Assembly: GCA_964517125.1 (NCBI GenBank)
Contig: CAZFBD010000001.1
Span: 236,338 to 300,337, forward strand
Length of the DNA: 64,000 nucleotides
Direction: 5' to 3'
Source: an uncultured Acidimicrobiales bacterium
GTDB lineage: Bacteria; Actinomycetota; Acidimicrobiia; Acidimicrobiales; SHLQ01
The notes below the pieces were generated by a model. That model was not told where the DNA came from, made no database searches, and was given only the letters and a program-made list of their open reading frames with translations. Made by a program: the position numbers and the translations under genes. Below, in pieces: positions 35,919-45,372 of the stretch. Every line of letters begins with the position of its first letter. Within the stretch, counting starts at the first letter, position 1.

Positions 35919-37076
35919 CTATCGGTGGCCGGGCGCCATGTAGAACCAGAACGGGAACGGAGCGTCCTGCGCTTTCATGCTCTCTCGAGCTTTGAGCACG
36001 GTGCGCCCCGCTTCGGTTGATTCGAAGAACCACGCCTCGGCGGCTCGCCCGCCGGGTGTTGGGCCGGTGGCGAGTTCAAGAGCGGCTTCGTTGTAGTACG
36101 CCCGGATGTCATGGCAGACGGCCACCGTGTTCTTGCCAGGCAGCGCGACCTCTTTCCAGTTGGCGCCCTCGGCCCACTGATGCAGGACGTCCAGCACCGT
36201 CGCAATGTCGTCGGGACCAACGGCTCGTCCGACTGCCGTGACGCCTCGACGCTGCACGGCTCGGTCGTACGCGGCCCGGAGTCCGCGGGCCTCGTCCACG
36301 GCAGGAGGAAGTGATGCGTCGTACCGAGGTGGAATCGTGCACGAGAGGGGCATTTCATCGGATTCGATCACGTCGGGGTGCGTCTCGAGCACGGGCTCCG
36401 GAGAATCGAGCAATGCGAGCGCCCGTTCGAGCACGTCCCGTTGGAAGGCAGCTTCACCAGGCCGTCCGAGCGGTCGGCCCAGCGGAAACTCGCAGTAGAG
36501 AACTCGAGGTGGTGCCATTCGTTCCGCCACCTCTTTCATCGAGGCCAGGACCACGGTTGCCAGACCGGCTGCTTCAAAGACGTGGGCAAGCACACTCACG
36601 GTGCGCGTACATTCCGGTCAAACGGGTGTGAGGATCACGACATCGACGCCGTCCGAGAGCAACTCCCGGGCGCAGGCCGGTGCAGTGTCGAGGCGGACCT
36701 CGCTGACGGTTTCCGGCTGATTCCCGGCGAACGCGAAGTGGCGGGGAGCCACTTCACCAATGACCCCGTCGGAAGCCAACTCCTCCAAACGGTCGATCGG
36801 GTAGACCACGTTCAGGTCGATCTGGAAACCGGTGTGGTCGAAGTTCGGGCTCCAATGACCCATGACGATGTTGCGGTCGGCGCGGTCGAGCGCACGGAAG
36901 CCGGTATCGGAGTTCGTGAAACGGTCCTGATCGGGTCGGTGGAGGGCAGCCGAGGTCACGACAGCCACGCGAAGCTCCGACAGCGGCTTGTCGAGCCGGG
37001 TGAAGGCCGGGTCGTCGAAGGTCGGCACCGGTTGGTTGACCCCGTACTCGCGCATTGCTGCATCGCCACCGGCCAT
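35919..37076 (-). CDS. PrdB/GrdB-family (glycine/sarcosine/betaine/D-proline reductase component B-like) selenoprotein, with TGA-Sec at 36618-36620
   Basis: The ATG at 37076 is preceded by AAGGAG. Track ORFs 36618-37361 and 35919-36599 are in frame and separated by a single TGA. The joined reading is ...VAVVTSAALH...NFDHTGFQIDLNVVYPIDRLEELASDGVIGEVA...GVDVVILTPV-TGA-PECTRTVSVLAHVFEAAGLATVVL. It parallels the PrdB/GrdB core (VFPIDRL..EG.IG; DAVILT..U..C........E.AGIP) with TGA at the Sec position. The product is 385 aa. Confidence 0.85.
36590..36606 (-). other. candidate SECIS hairpin of the PrdB/GrdB-like gene
   Basis: On the mRNA: UGA-N11-GCGCAC-CGUGA-GUGUGC, a 6 bp stem including one G-U pair. 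Confidence 0.5.
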
Positions 37077-37233
37077 CGTTTCTCCTTTGGTCACGCAGCG
37101 CCGTTTCCGCTGCGGTTCAGAAGCTAGTCGCTCGGCCAGCGCCGGCCGTTCTCGCAGATCGCTGTGTGTCCCGAGAATGCGAACGGCCTTGGCGCGTGGG
37201 ATCGTTGACGGGCCACACACCGAGGGAGTTGCC

Positions 37234-38340
37234 GTGACGATTGTTGAAGTGCGCGTGTACCGGGTTCCGCTGGAAACGCGTGCTCTGTACAACATGTCCA
37301 ACTCCACGGTTGCGACGCCGGAGTCCACCGTTGTGGAGATCGTGGATGACAGCGGGGCCATCGGGTATGGCGAGGCCTGCCTGGCGAGTCCACAGTTTCA
37401 GCCGGCTCACGACGCCGGAGTGCGGGCGTCGATGTCGGTGCTGGCTCCTGCAATCATCGGACACGACCCTCGACACGTCAGCGTGATCAACGCCGCCATG
37501 GAGGCCGCGATTTCCGGGCACACGGAAGGCAAGGCGGCGCTCGACATCGCCTGCTGGGACCTCGTTGGCAAGTTGCTCGACCAACGCGTGGTCGACCTTC
37601 TGGGCGGCCCCCGCATGGATGACATCACCACGTACCACGTGGTCGGGATCAGCGATGCGGAAACCGCAGCAGCGACTGCCACATGGCTCCAGGACGAGGG
37701 CCACACGCGCTTGCAACTGAAGGCTGGAGGCAGGCCGATTCATCACGACATTGCAAGCATTCATGCCGTCGCCGACGTGCTGTTGCCGGGAACCGACCTT
37801 GCCGTGGACACCAACCGAGGGTGGTCCACTGCCGAGGCCATTCAGGTATCCAACGCCTGCCGAACGATCACCATGTCCATGGAACAGCCCTGTGCCACGG
37901 AGGCTGAACTGCAGCAGGTGAAGGCACAAAGTGTTCACCCGATGATCGTCGACGAGAACTCGACCGACATCCGGGCCATTGCGCGGATGATCTCGTCCGG
38001 TCTCGCCGACGGGTTCGGGTTGAAGCTCACCCGGCTCGGTGGTCTCACGGCAATGCGGGCGGTACGTGACCTGTGCATGGCCACGCGCACACCGATGAGC
38101 TCCGACGACGCCTGGGGAGGCGACATCATCGCAGCTGCGGCTGTTGCACTTGGAGCCACGCTCGATCCGCAACTGAGCCGGGGTGCATGGATTGCGCATC
38201 CCTACCACCAGCACCACTACGACGAAGCGAACGGTCCCCGCATCGACGGCGGCTTCGTCACGCTCCCCAACGGAGGTCCGGGTTTGGGTCTGGTGCTTCC
38301 CGAGGGAAGCTTCGGCGCACCGGTGGCCCGCTACTCCTGA
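37234..38340 (+). CDS. enolase superfamily racemase/epimerase/cycloisomerase (mandelate racemase/muconate lactonizing enzyme family)
   Basis: GTG at 37234 is preceded by GAGGGAG. It has DIACWDLVGK, AVDTNRGW, MEQPC and IVDENS metal-ligand motifs. It is divergent from the PrdB-like gene. Confidence 0.8.
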   Translation: MTIVEVRVYRVPLETRALYNMSNSTVATPESTVVEIVDDSGAIGYGEACLASPQFQPAHDAGVRASMSVLAPAIIGHDPRHVSVINAAMEAAISGHTEGKAALDIACWDLVGKLLDQRVVDLLGGPRMDDITTYHVVGISDAETAAATATWLQDEGHTRLQLKAGGRPIHHDIASIHAVADVLLPGTDLAVDTNRGWSTAEAIQVSNACRTITMSMEQPCATEAELQQVKAQSVHPMIVDENSTDIRAIARMISSGLADGFGLKLTRLGGLTAMRAVRDLCMATRTPMSSDDAWGGDIIAAAAVALGATLDPQLSRGAWIAHPYHQHHYDEANGPRIDGGFVTLPNGGPGLGLVLPEGSFGAPVARYS

Positions 38341-39623
38341 GGCGCCGCCGCGGTCGGAGCGGTCCGGAGATCTGCACTTCGGGCGTGCCCCTCCATGCCC
38401 TCGAGCCGGGAGATCCTGGCAGCGACCGGGGCTTCGGCCGCGCCGGCTTCGGGCGTGAGCTCCTGCCACGTCAGCTGCTTCACGAACTTGAGGGTGTTCA
38501 GGCCGCCGCTGTACCGGGCCGCTCGGCCGGTGGGAAGGATGTGGTTGGGCCCCGAGGTCTTGTCGCCGAAGGTCACGTTCGTGTTCGGACCCAGGAACAG
38601 CGAGCCATAGTTGCGAAGGCGGTCACGCCACCAGTACAGATCCTCGGCGAGAACCTGGAGATGTTCTGGGGCGTAGTCGTCGCAAACGGCAGCCGCTTCC
38701 TCGGCGGTGTCGGTCAGGATCACCTCGCCGTGCGACGCCCAGGCGGCTGTCGCTGAGCTACGTGCCGGCTCCGGCAACGCCTGAGCGTGTCGTTGACAGC
38801 GGTCGTCCATGTCGGCGGCGAGCTCGGCCGACGTTGTAACGAGCCACACCGGCGAGTCCGGGCCATGCTCGGCCTGCCCGATGAGGTCGGTGGCCACCAT
38901 CTCGGGATCGGCGGTGTGGTCGGCCACGATCATCGATTCGGTCGGGCCTGCGACCACGTCGATGCCGACACGGCCGAACAGTTGGCGTTTCGCTTCGGCC
39001 ACGAAGCTGTTGCCGGGCCCCACGATCATGTCAGCTTCGAGGCCGGTGAACAGACCGTATGCGAGTGCTCCAATAGCCTGCACGCCGCCAAGACCAAGGA
39101 TGCGGTCGGCGCCGGCCACCCTGGCTGCATGCAGAATCGCCGGATGCACGCCGCCACGGTCGTGTCGAGCGGGAGAGGCCACCACGATGTGCTCAACGCC
39201 GGCGACGGCAGCCGTGGTTGTGCTCATGAGTGCCGACGCGATGTGCGCAAACCGGCCTGCAGGCACATAACAACCGGCCACCCCGATCGGGACGTTTCGT
39301 TGCCCGGCGATCAGCCCGGGAGCCACTTCCACCTGGAACTCGCTGATCGAGCGGAGCTGGGCCTCGGCGAAGGTCCGGATGTGGCGGTGGGCGTAGTTGA
39401 TGTCCTCGGCCACGCCAGGGGCGAGCTTGCCTTCGGCTGCGTCGATCTCCTCCTGCGGAACCTCGATTGGACCGGTCCAGCCATCGAAGTGTTCGGCCAG
39501 GCGAACGGCCTCCGACTCACCTTCCTGCTGCAACGTTCCGAGAAGCTCGCCAACCGTCTGACGCACACCTTCATCTGCTTCGTTGAGTGGTCGGATTGCC
39601 TGCTTGACGTGGGTGATGGCCAT
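38331..39623 (-). CDS. histidinol dehydrogenase family protein (HisD-like)
   Basis: 430 aa with GGVQAIGALAYG, VGPGNSFVAEAK and QAEHGPDS motifs. No other his genes are nearby, so it is probably a paralog acting on another amino alcohol or aldehyde. Confidence 0.75.
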   Translation of the reverse strand: MAITHVKQAIRPLNEADEGVRQTVGELLGTLQQEGESEAVRLAEHFDGWTGPIEVPQEEIDAAEGKLAPGVAEDINYAHRHIRTFAEAQLRSISEFQVEVAPGLIAGQRNVPIGVAGCYVPAGRFAHIASALMSTTTAAVAGVEHIVVASPARHDRGGVHPAILHAARVAGADRILGLGGVQAIGALAYGLFTGLEADMIVGPGNSFVAEAKRQLFGRVGIDVVAGPTESMIVADHTADPEMVATDLIGQAEHGPDSPVWLVTTSAELAADMDDRCQRHAQALPEPARSSATAAWASHGEVILTDTAEEAAAVCDDYAPEHLQVLAEDLYWWRDRLRNYGSLFLGPNTNVTFGDKTSGPNHILPTGRAARYSGGLNTLKFVKQLTWQELTPEAGAAEAPVAARISRLEGMEGHARSADLRTAPTAAAPQE

Positions 39624-39685
39624 TGGCTTCCACGCTAGGAGATCGGCTGCGGTCGCGGTGAGACGACCGTGGTAAACATCCGGGC

Positions 39686-40843
39686 GTGTCCGACGCCATC
39701 GCCGACTTTCGACCCGAGGTTCGCCGGGTTCTGCCAGCAGTCATCGGGGTGCGCTTCGCCATCAACATCGCCATGCGGATGACGTACACGTTCCTGCCGG
39801 CGTTCGCCCGCGGCTCGGGACTGTCGGTTGAAGCCCTCAGCCGGGTTCTCAGTGTTCGAGAGCTCACCGCGTTGTCCGCCCCGCTGAGCGGCCGTCTCAG
39901 CGACCGCTTCGGCCCTCTGCAGGTCATGGCCTACGGCGGGCTGGTCGCCGCGGCAGGTCTCCTGCTTGTCATGTTCGGGACCGTTGGTCTCGTTGGAGGT
40001 CTCGTTGTCTTCGGGTTCGGCCGTACCGCGCACCAGGTCGCCCTTGGTTCGTGGATCGGTGGGGCGGTCGCCTACGAACGGAGAGGACGCGTCACCGGGC
40101 TCATCGAGCTCACGTGGGGCGGAGCGGCCCTCGTCGGTCTCCCTCTGGTCGGCTTCCTCATTGGTTGGTTGCCGTGGTGGGCCGTCTTCACCTTCCTGGG
40201 CGTTGCCGCTCTGCTCTTCAGCCTTCGTGTCCGCTCCCATGAGCCCAACGAGCCGCTCCAGGACACCTCGCCGGGTCGACGCCCCCACATGACTGGTCCG
40301 GTGATTGCCGCGCTTGCCACGAACGGCGCAATGACCGCGGCCGCACAGTTCCTGTTCCTCGGTCACGGCCTCTGGCTCGAAGACACCTACGGGCTGGACA
40401 CGGCCGAGGTCGGGCTCGCAATCGTCGCCGTTGGCATCGTTGAGGTCGTGGCAACCCTCGGCTCGTCGCGTCTCACCGACCGGCTGGGAAAGCGGCGATC
40501 CATGCTCGGAGGAACCATGCTCATGACGGCAGCCATGGCAACACTCGCGTTCTTCAGCAGCCCGCCGCTCGGCGTTGGTCTGTTGTTGCTGGTCATTGCC
40601 TTTCTGGGCTTTGAGTACGCCATCGTTTCGGCCATCCCGCTGATCTCCGAACTCGATCCCGGCGCTCGCGCTCAGATGGTCGGGCGTTCGGTGAGTATCA
40701 CGACGGTGGTCCGCGCCGCGATCACGCTCGTAGCGGGGTCGCTCTACGTCACGCAGGGGTTTGCGACCCTCATGGCCGTTGCTGCAGTAGCCGGTCTCAT
40801 CGCCATGGGTCTCGCCGCCTTTGCCATGGTCGAACCGGCCTGA
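39686..40843 (+). CDS. MFS transporter
   Basis: 385 aa with about 12 transmembrane segments and the MFS loop motif GRLSDRFG. Confidence 0.8.
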   Translation: MSDAIADFRPEVRRVLPAVIGVRFAINIAMRMTYTFLPAFARGSGLSVEALSRVLSVRELTALSAPLSGRLSDRFGPLQVMAYGGLVAAAGLLLVMFGTVGLVGGLVVFGFGRTAHQVALGSWIGGAVAYERRGRVTGLIELTWGGAALVGLPLVGFLIGWLPWWAVFTFLGVAALLFSLRVRSHEPNEPLQDTSPGRRPHMTGPVIAALATNGAMTAAAQFLFLGHGLWLEDTYGLDTAEVGLAIVAVGIVEVVATLGSSRLTDRLGKRRSMLGGTMLMTAAMATLAFFSSPPLGVGLLLLVIAFLGFEYAIVSAIPLISELDPGARAQMVGRSVSITTVVRAAITLVAGSLYVTQGFATLMAVAAVAGLIAMGLAAFAMVEPA

Positions 40844-40868
40844 CCGGAGCCGTTGGAACGGCGAGCTG

Positions 40869-41726
40869 TCAGCGTTGCCAGACGAGTGGGTAGAGATCGG
40901 TTCCGGGACGGTCGCCCGGAGCCAGGCCGTGTTCTCGCATGATCTGGCTGTGGTCGGGATCCATTCCAACCTCCCGGAAGACGATCTCCACATCGTCGCC
41001 CAACCACTTCGAGGTGAAGACTCGAAGCTCGGTGTCGGGGTCGAGGAGCCCGGATCCGCCATGAAGAATCCTGCTGTTGAACACCACACAATCGCCGGGC
41101 TCCATGTCCCAACTGACCACACCGAACGCACTCGGGTCGGCGTCGATGTCTGGAACCTCGTCCTCGGCGATCGCCGCGAAATCCACGTGGTCGACGTCGA
41201 CCTTTCCATCCGGATTGAGTTCGCCAAAGTCGTACTGATCAAACACTGCGCCCGTCCGGTGCGAGCCGGGGACAAAGCCAAGGGCGTTCGCAGCCTTTAC
41301 CGGTACCAATGGCATCCACACGGTGCAGGTGTCGTGTCCCGACACCGACCAGTAGGGCTCGTCCTGGTGCCATGGGGTTCGGAACTGGCTGCCAGCGGTT
41401 CGCACGAAGACCGCGTCAAAGAAGAAGTTGACGGTGGTCGATCGCATGAGCTCGCCAGCGATCGCTGCGGCTGGAGACTGCATCACGAATGAGCGGTATT
41501 CGGGCACATCCATCCACGCCTGGCTGTCCCAGAACATGGTGCGCCCCGATTCGTCCCGATCCCAGATTCGGGCGCGGTAGGTGGGCGAGTCGAGCTGCGA
41601 GTCCAGGCCCCTGTCCAGCAGCCTGATCCAGTCCAGGTCGAACTGGTCTCGCAATACGACCACGCCGTCCCGATGGTAGGTCTCGACATCGGACTCCGTG
41701 AGGTGCGGCCGGCTCGCTGAGTTCAT
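40869..41726 (-). CDS. phytanoyl-CoA dioxygenase (PhyH) family oxygenase
   Basis: Start at the ATG at 41726 (MNSASRPHLTESDVETYHRDGVVVL). The HxD/E motif is WHQDEPYW and the distal His is in ILHGGSG. There is an ATGA overlap with the upstream hydroxylase gene. Confidence 0.8.
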   Translation of the reverse strand: MNSASRPHLTESDVETYHRDGVVVLRDQFDLDWIRLLDRGLDSQLDSPTYRARIWDRDESGRTMFWDSQAWMDVPEYRSFVMQSPAAAIAGELMRSTTVNFFFDAVFVRTAGSQFRTPWHQDEPYWSVSGHDTCTVWMPLVPVKAANALGFVPGSHRTGAVFDQYDFGELNPDGKVDVDHVDFAAIAEDEVPDIDADPSAFGVVSWDMEPGDCVVFNSRILHGGSGLLDPDTELRVFTSKWLGDDVEIVFREVGMDPDHSQIMREHGLAPGDRPGTDLYPLVWQR

Positions 41727-42697
41727 GACTCGGCCGACTCGCGGCGTCGGCTCTTCATCTGTTCGTGCGCCTCGACACTTCCGTCGTGGAAGGTGCCGAA
41801 CCACTTGTCCAGCGGCAACAGAAGCATCCCGTAGTTCACTTCGAAGTACCGATGGTGCAGGTTGTGGAAGTAGTCGCCGCCATGCAGCGTCGCCTGCCCG
41901 CCGACCCTGAACCGGTCGAAGCCCGAATGCGAAGGCGACGGGGAGATCATCAGGTAGACGAGGCAGAACGTGGCAATGAACGGTGAGCCTGGCAGGACCA
42001 GAAAGACGAACGGAAGCGAGAAGTACAGCAGATGCTCGAGAGGATGCATGCTGATCCCCGACCAAGGGCCGGTGTTCACGTTCCGGTGGTGGAGCGCATG
42101 GGCCCAGCCGTAGAGCGGGTCGACGTGAAGCAGACGATGATTCAGGTAGAAGTGCGCGCCCTCGATCCAGAACACGGCGAACGTCATTGCGGCGATCGCC
42201 CACAGCGATGACAGCTGAGGAATTGCCTCCCCGGCGTACAGCCGGAACATGACGGCTTCGTAGAGCGCGGCAACCGCGCCTCCGCTGACGAGTGTCCAGA
42301 ACATGTTGTCGCGTGTCTGGTTGTTGAAGGTGAACGAGGCTCGGTCTCGAGCGAGCCAGCGCTTCTCGTACTTGTACTCGGAGTCTTGGGCCTTGCGAAT
42401 GTGCAGCCACCAGTGCTGTCCTCCGATCACGACCAGCATGAGCACCGCATTCCGCAGCCAAAGAACTGCGACATCGCCAACGTCGAGGGAGGCGAAGCGC
42501 TCCAGGCCCGGGGTGAAGACGTTGTACAGGAGGGCAGCGAGGCCGATCCACAGAAGCGACTGGGGCCACAGGTACTTGGTGACCATCCAGGACACCATGC
42601 CGACGGGGTCGGAGGGCGTCCGGAAGAGCGGCGGCACGTCCATGGGTTCCGGGTCGTACCCCTTGGCCCGTTGCATTCGAGTCCGCGAATCGGTCAT
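41723..42697 (-). CDS. fatty acid hydroxylase / sterol desaturase superfamily membrane di-iron oxygenase
   Basis: It has three His boxes (HRLLH, HALHH, HNLHH) and four or more transmembrane segments. Start chosen at the ATG at 42697. Confidence 0.8.
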   Translation of the reverse strand: MTDSRTRMQRAKGYDPEPMDVPPLFRTPSDPVGMVSWMVTKYLWPQSLLWIGLAALLYNVFTPGLERFASLDVGDVAVLWLRNAVLMLVVIGGQHWWLHIRKAQDSEYKYEKRWLARDRASFTFNNQTRDNMFWTLVSGGAVAALYEAVMFRLYAGEAIPQLSSLWAIAAMTFAVFWIEGAHFYLNHRLLHVDPLYGWAHALHHRNVNTGPWSGISMHPLEHLLYFSLPFVFLVLPGSPFIATFCLVYLMISPSPSHSGFDRFRVGGQATLHGGDYFHNLHHRYFEVNYGMLLLPLDKWFGTFHDGSVEAHEQMKSRRRESAES

Positions 42698-42753
42698 GCA
42701 AACAGTCTTACTGAACGATCGTCCAGTTCGCAACTGCGTGAGGACCGTCGTAC

Positions 42754-44079
42754 TCAGACCAGATCGAGAGAAAGCTCCGTGAGCAGCTCGGGGCCAGCGT
42801 CGGTGACCAACACCTGGTTTTCAAGCTTCACGCCTTCTCCGCCCACGCGGGGCCCGACGAAGCTCTCCACGGTCAGGACCATGCCGGCCTCAAGAACGCC
42901 GTCGTATCCCCAGTCTTCCCACTGTTCCGGCCAGTAGATCTCGGGGTACTCGTCGCACTGCCCCACCCCGTGGAACTGACAGCAGTAGCGGCGGTATTCG
43001 TCCCATGGCGGCGACCACGAATCGAACGTGAGCTGCTTCAGCGTCGTTCCGGGACGAAGCAGTTCGGTGTTGCGGTGAATCTGCTCGAGAGCAAGGGCAT
43101 GGGTTGACGCCTGCGCTGCCGTGGGGGTGCCACCACCTACGAGCCAGGTTCGGGAAATGTCGACCATCATCCCGTATGCCCCGACCAGGTCGGTGTCATA
43201 GCCGAGAAGGTCGCCCTCCTCGAGAATGCGGCTGCTGGCCTCCTGCATCCACGGGTTGGTGCGGGGCCCTGACGCCAGAATCTGCGTCTCGATCCACTCC
43301 CCTGCCCGACGAATGTTGCCGGCATGGAGGATGGACCACACATCGCGCTCGGTCATTCCGGGAGCCATTGCCTCCTGCATCTCGACCATGGTGGTCTGGC
43401 ACGCATGGGCTGCACACCGCATGGCCCGGATCTCGTCGGGGCTCTTGATCACCCGGGCGAGCTCCATCATCTCGACACCGTTGCCGACCTCGATGCCCGC
43501 CTGGGCGAAACGTTGATAGCCGATCGGATGGCACTGGTCGACCGCGATTCTGGCCCCGGGACCGGCGTGCCCGGTCACGACATCGATGATCTCGTCGGCG
43601 AACTTGTTTGCCTGTTCAGCCCACCGTGGCCCGGCGAGGAAGTACGTGGAACCTCGGGCCGGTCGGGTCTCGGTCACGGCAGGGTTGTGGGCGTCGAGGA
43701 ACTGACATTCGTTGAACTCCCACACGATGCAGGAGCCGTCCATGCCGACCCAGCAATACCGCGCGGCGTTGTGCATCACCCAGATCTGCATGTTGGTGGA
43801 ATCGGTCGCGTAGCGAATGTTCATGGGGTCCATGAGCAGGGCGCCGTCGTACCCCATCTTCTCCATTTGGGCGCGAACCCGTCCGATTCGGTATTCCCGC
43901 ATCGCCGGCAGGTTCGGGAGCTCCAATCCGGCAGCCACCCACTCGGCCTCGAGTTGTTCCCCCGGCCCGATGTTCAGGTGGTGGAGGTCTGTGGCGGCTC
44001 GATTCACCTCGGCAGAGGCATCGGCGAGGCTGAGAGCGATCTTTGGCTGCTTCGGTGGAGCCGTGTCGTGCATGACCAT
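42754..44079 (-). CDS. DddP-like M24-fold protein (candidate dimethylsulfoniopropionate lyase family)
   Basis: 441 aa starting at the ATG at 44079. Several stretches match what I recall of roseobacter DddP rather than generic prolidase or creatinase: DPMNIRYATDSTNMQIW, SPDEIRAMRCAAHAC, GEWIETQILASGPRTNPWMQE, YDTDLVGAYGMMVDISRTW, HGVGQCDEYP, VKLENQVLVT. Confidence 0.6.
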   Translation of the reverse strand: MVMHDTAPPKQPKIALSLADASAEVNRAATDLHHLNIGPGEQLEAEWVAAGLELPNLPAMREYRIGRVRAQMEKMGYDGALLMDPMNIRYATDSTNMQIWVMHNAARYCWVGMDGSCIVWEFNECQFLDAHNPAVTETRPARGSTYFLAGPRWAEQANKFADEIIDVVTGHAGPGARIAVDQCHPIGYQRFAQAGIEVGNGVEMMELARVIKSPDEIRAMRCAAHACQTTMVEMQEAMAPGMTERDVWSILHAGNIRRAGEWIETQILASGPRTNPWMQEASSRILEEGDLLGYDTDLVGAYGMMVDISRTWLVGGGTPTAAQASTHALALEQIHRNTELLRPGTTLKQLTFDSWSPPWDEYRRYCCQFHGVGQCDEYPEIYWPEQWEDWGYDGVLEAGMVLTVESFVGPRVGGEGVKLENQVLVTDAGPELLTELSLDLV

Positions 44080-44181
44080 CGTCACAGTGTGGCACGGTCG
44101 GTTGCCAGCGTCATGGTCCTGACGGAGGTGCGCTACGTTCGCGTCACTGCGTCGGATGAGGTCACGGGCTAAACAGTTGGC

Positions 44182-45363
44182 ATGCTCTCCGACGCTGCGA
44201 TCAAGGACATCCGACTGGTCACGCCGGGCGTCGATCATGTGTTGCACTTCAACAACGCTGGCAGTGCTCTGCCGCCCAATGTCGTGCTCGAGACCGTCGT
44301 GCGTCATTTGGAACGCGAGGCGACCATTGGAGGCTACGAAGCAGCAGCTGAGGCACACGACCGCCTCGAGGCCGTATACGGGTCGCTGGCCACGCTCCTC
44401 GGCGCCGCTTCCGAAGAGATCGCGGTCGTCGAGAATGCGACGCGAGCCTGGGACATGGCGGTGTACGGCTATCCGTTCGTGCAGGGAGACCGCGTGCTCA
44501 CGTGCCGCGCCGAGTACGTCAGCAACATCGTTGCTCTGCTGCAACTCGAGAAGACCCGAGGCATCGAGCTCGTACTCATCGAAGACGATGCCGACGGCCA
44601 GATTGACCTCGCTCATCTGGAGAGCGAACTGTCCACAGGTGCCGCCATGGTGGCGATGACCCACGCTCCCACCAATGGCGGGCTCATCAATCCTGCCCGG
44701 GAGGTCGGCGTTCTCTGTCGGGCGTACGACACCTTCTACGTCCTCGATGCCTGCCAATCGGCGGGCCAGGTACCGCTGGATGTTCAGGAGATCGGGTGCG
44801 ACGTGCTGTCCGGCACCGGCCGCAAATACCTCCGAGGTCCTCGGGGCACCGGGTTCCTGTACGCGGGTCCCCGAGCAATCGAACGAATCGAGCCGCCGTT
44901 CCTGGATCTTCACGCTGCGGAGTGGACGAGCGAGCGTACCTACGAAATTCGGGCTGACGCTCGCCGATTCGAGAACTGGGAAACCAACTACGCCGGAAAA
45001 CTCGGGCTCGGAGCCGCCGTCGACTACGCCCTCGACCTTGGAGTCGCCGAAACCTCCGACCGAATCGTCCAGCTTGGAGCCGAGCTGCGCACATCCCTCG
45101 ACTTGTTGCGAGGCGTATCGGTTCACGACAAGGGTGCGCAGAGGGGTGGCATCGTGACGTTCGCTGTCGATGGCATCGAGGCCGAGAGTGTGCATGCCCA
45201 ATTGCGGGCTCAGGACATCAACACGTCGACCTCGCCGGTTACACACGCACGCATGGACCTCCCTCATCGTGGTCTGCCCACGCTCGTGCGGGCATCCGTC
45301 CACTACTACAACGACCAGGACGAAATCGTCCGCTTCGTCGAGGCGGTATCCCGTCTGCGCTGA
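44182..45363 (+). CDS. class V aminotransferase-fold PLP enzyme (cysteine desulfurase / selenocysteine lyase / C-S lyase-like)
   Basis: 393 aa with LDACQSAGQ, the PLP-Lys motif GTGRKYLRGPRGTGFLY, and a C-terminal VRASVHYYN. Confidence 0.75.
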   Translation: MLSDAAIKDIRLVTPGVDHVLHFNNAGSALPPNVVLETVVRHLEREATIGGYEAAAEAHDRLEAVYGSLATLLGAASEEIAVVENATRAWDMAVYGYPFVQGDRVLTCRAEYVSNIVALLQLEKTRGIELVLIEDDADGQIDLAHLESELSTGAAMVAMTHAPTNGGLINPAREVGVLCRAYDTFYVLDACQSAGQVPLDVQEIGCDVLSGTGRKYLRGPRGTGFLYAGPRAIERIEPPFLDLHAAEWTSERTYEIRADARRFENWETNYAGKLGLGAAVDYALDLGVAETSDRIVQLGAELRTSLDLLRGVSVHDKGAQRGGIVTFAVDGIEAESVHAQLRAQDINTSTSPVTHARMDLPHRGLPTLVRASVHYYNDQDEIVRFVEAVSRLR

Positions 45364-45372
45364 AGCCTGCGA

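Noticed and set aside
40869-42701. A 610 aa ORF spanning both the PhyH gene and the region of the fatty acid hydroxylase gene.
   Set aside because: Only its last 285 codons look like PhyH. The His-box hydroxylase is encoded in a different frame (41723-42697) that ends in an ATGA overlap with the PhyH start.
42754-45303. An 849 aa ORF extending the DddP-like gene upstream by about 400 codons.
   Set aside because: The extension overlaps the well-supported class V aminotransferase gene on the opposite strand and has no recognisable motifs. Homology starts near the ATG at 44079.
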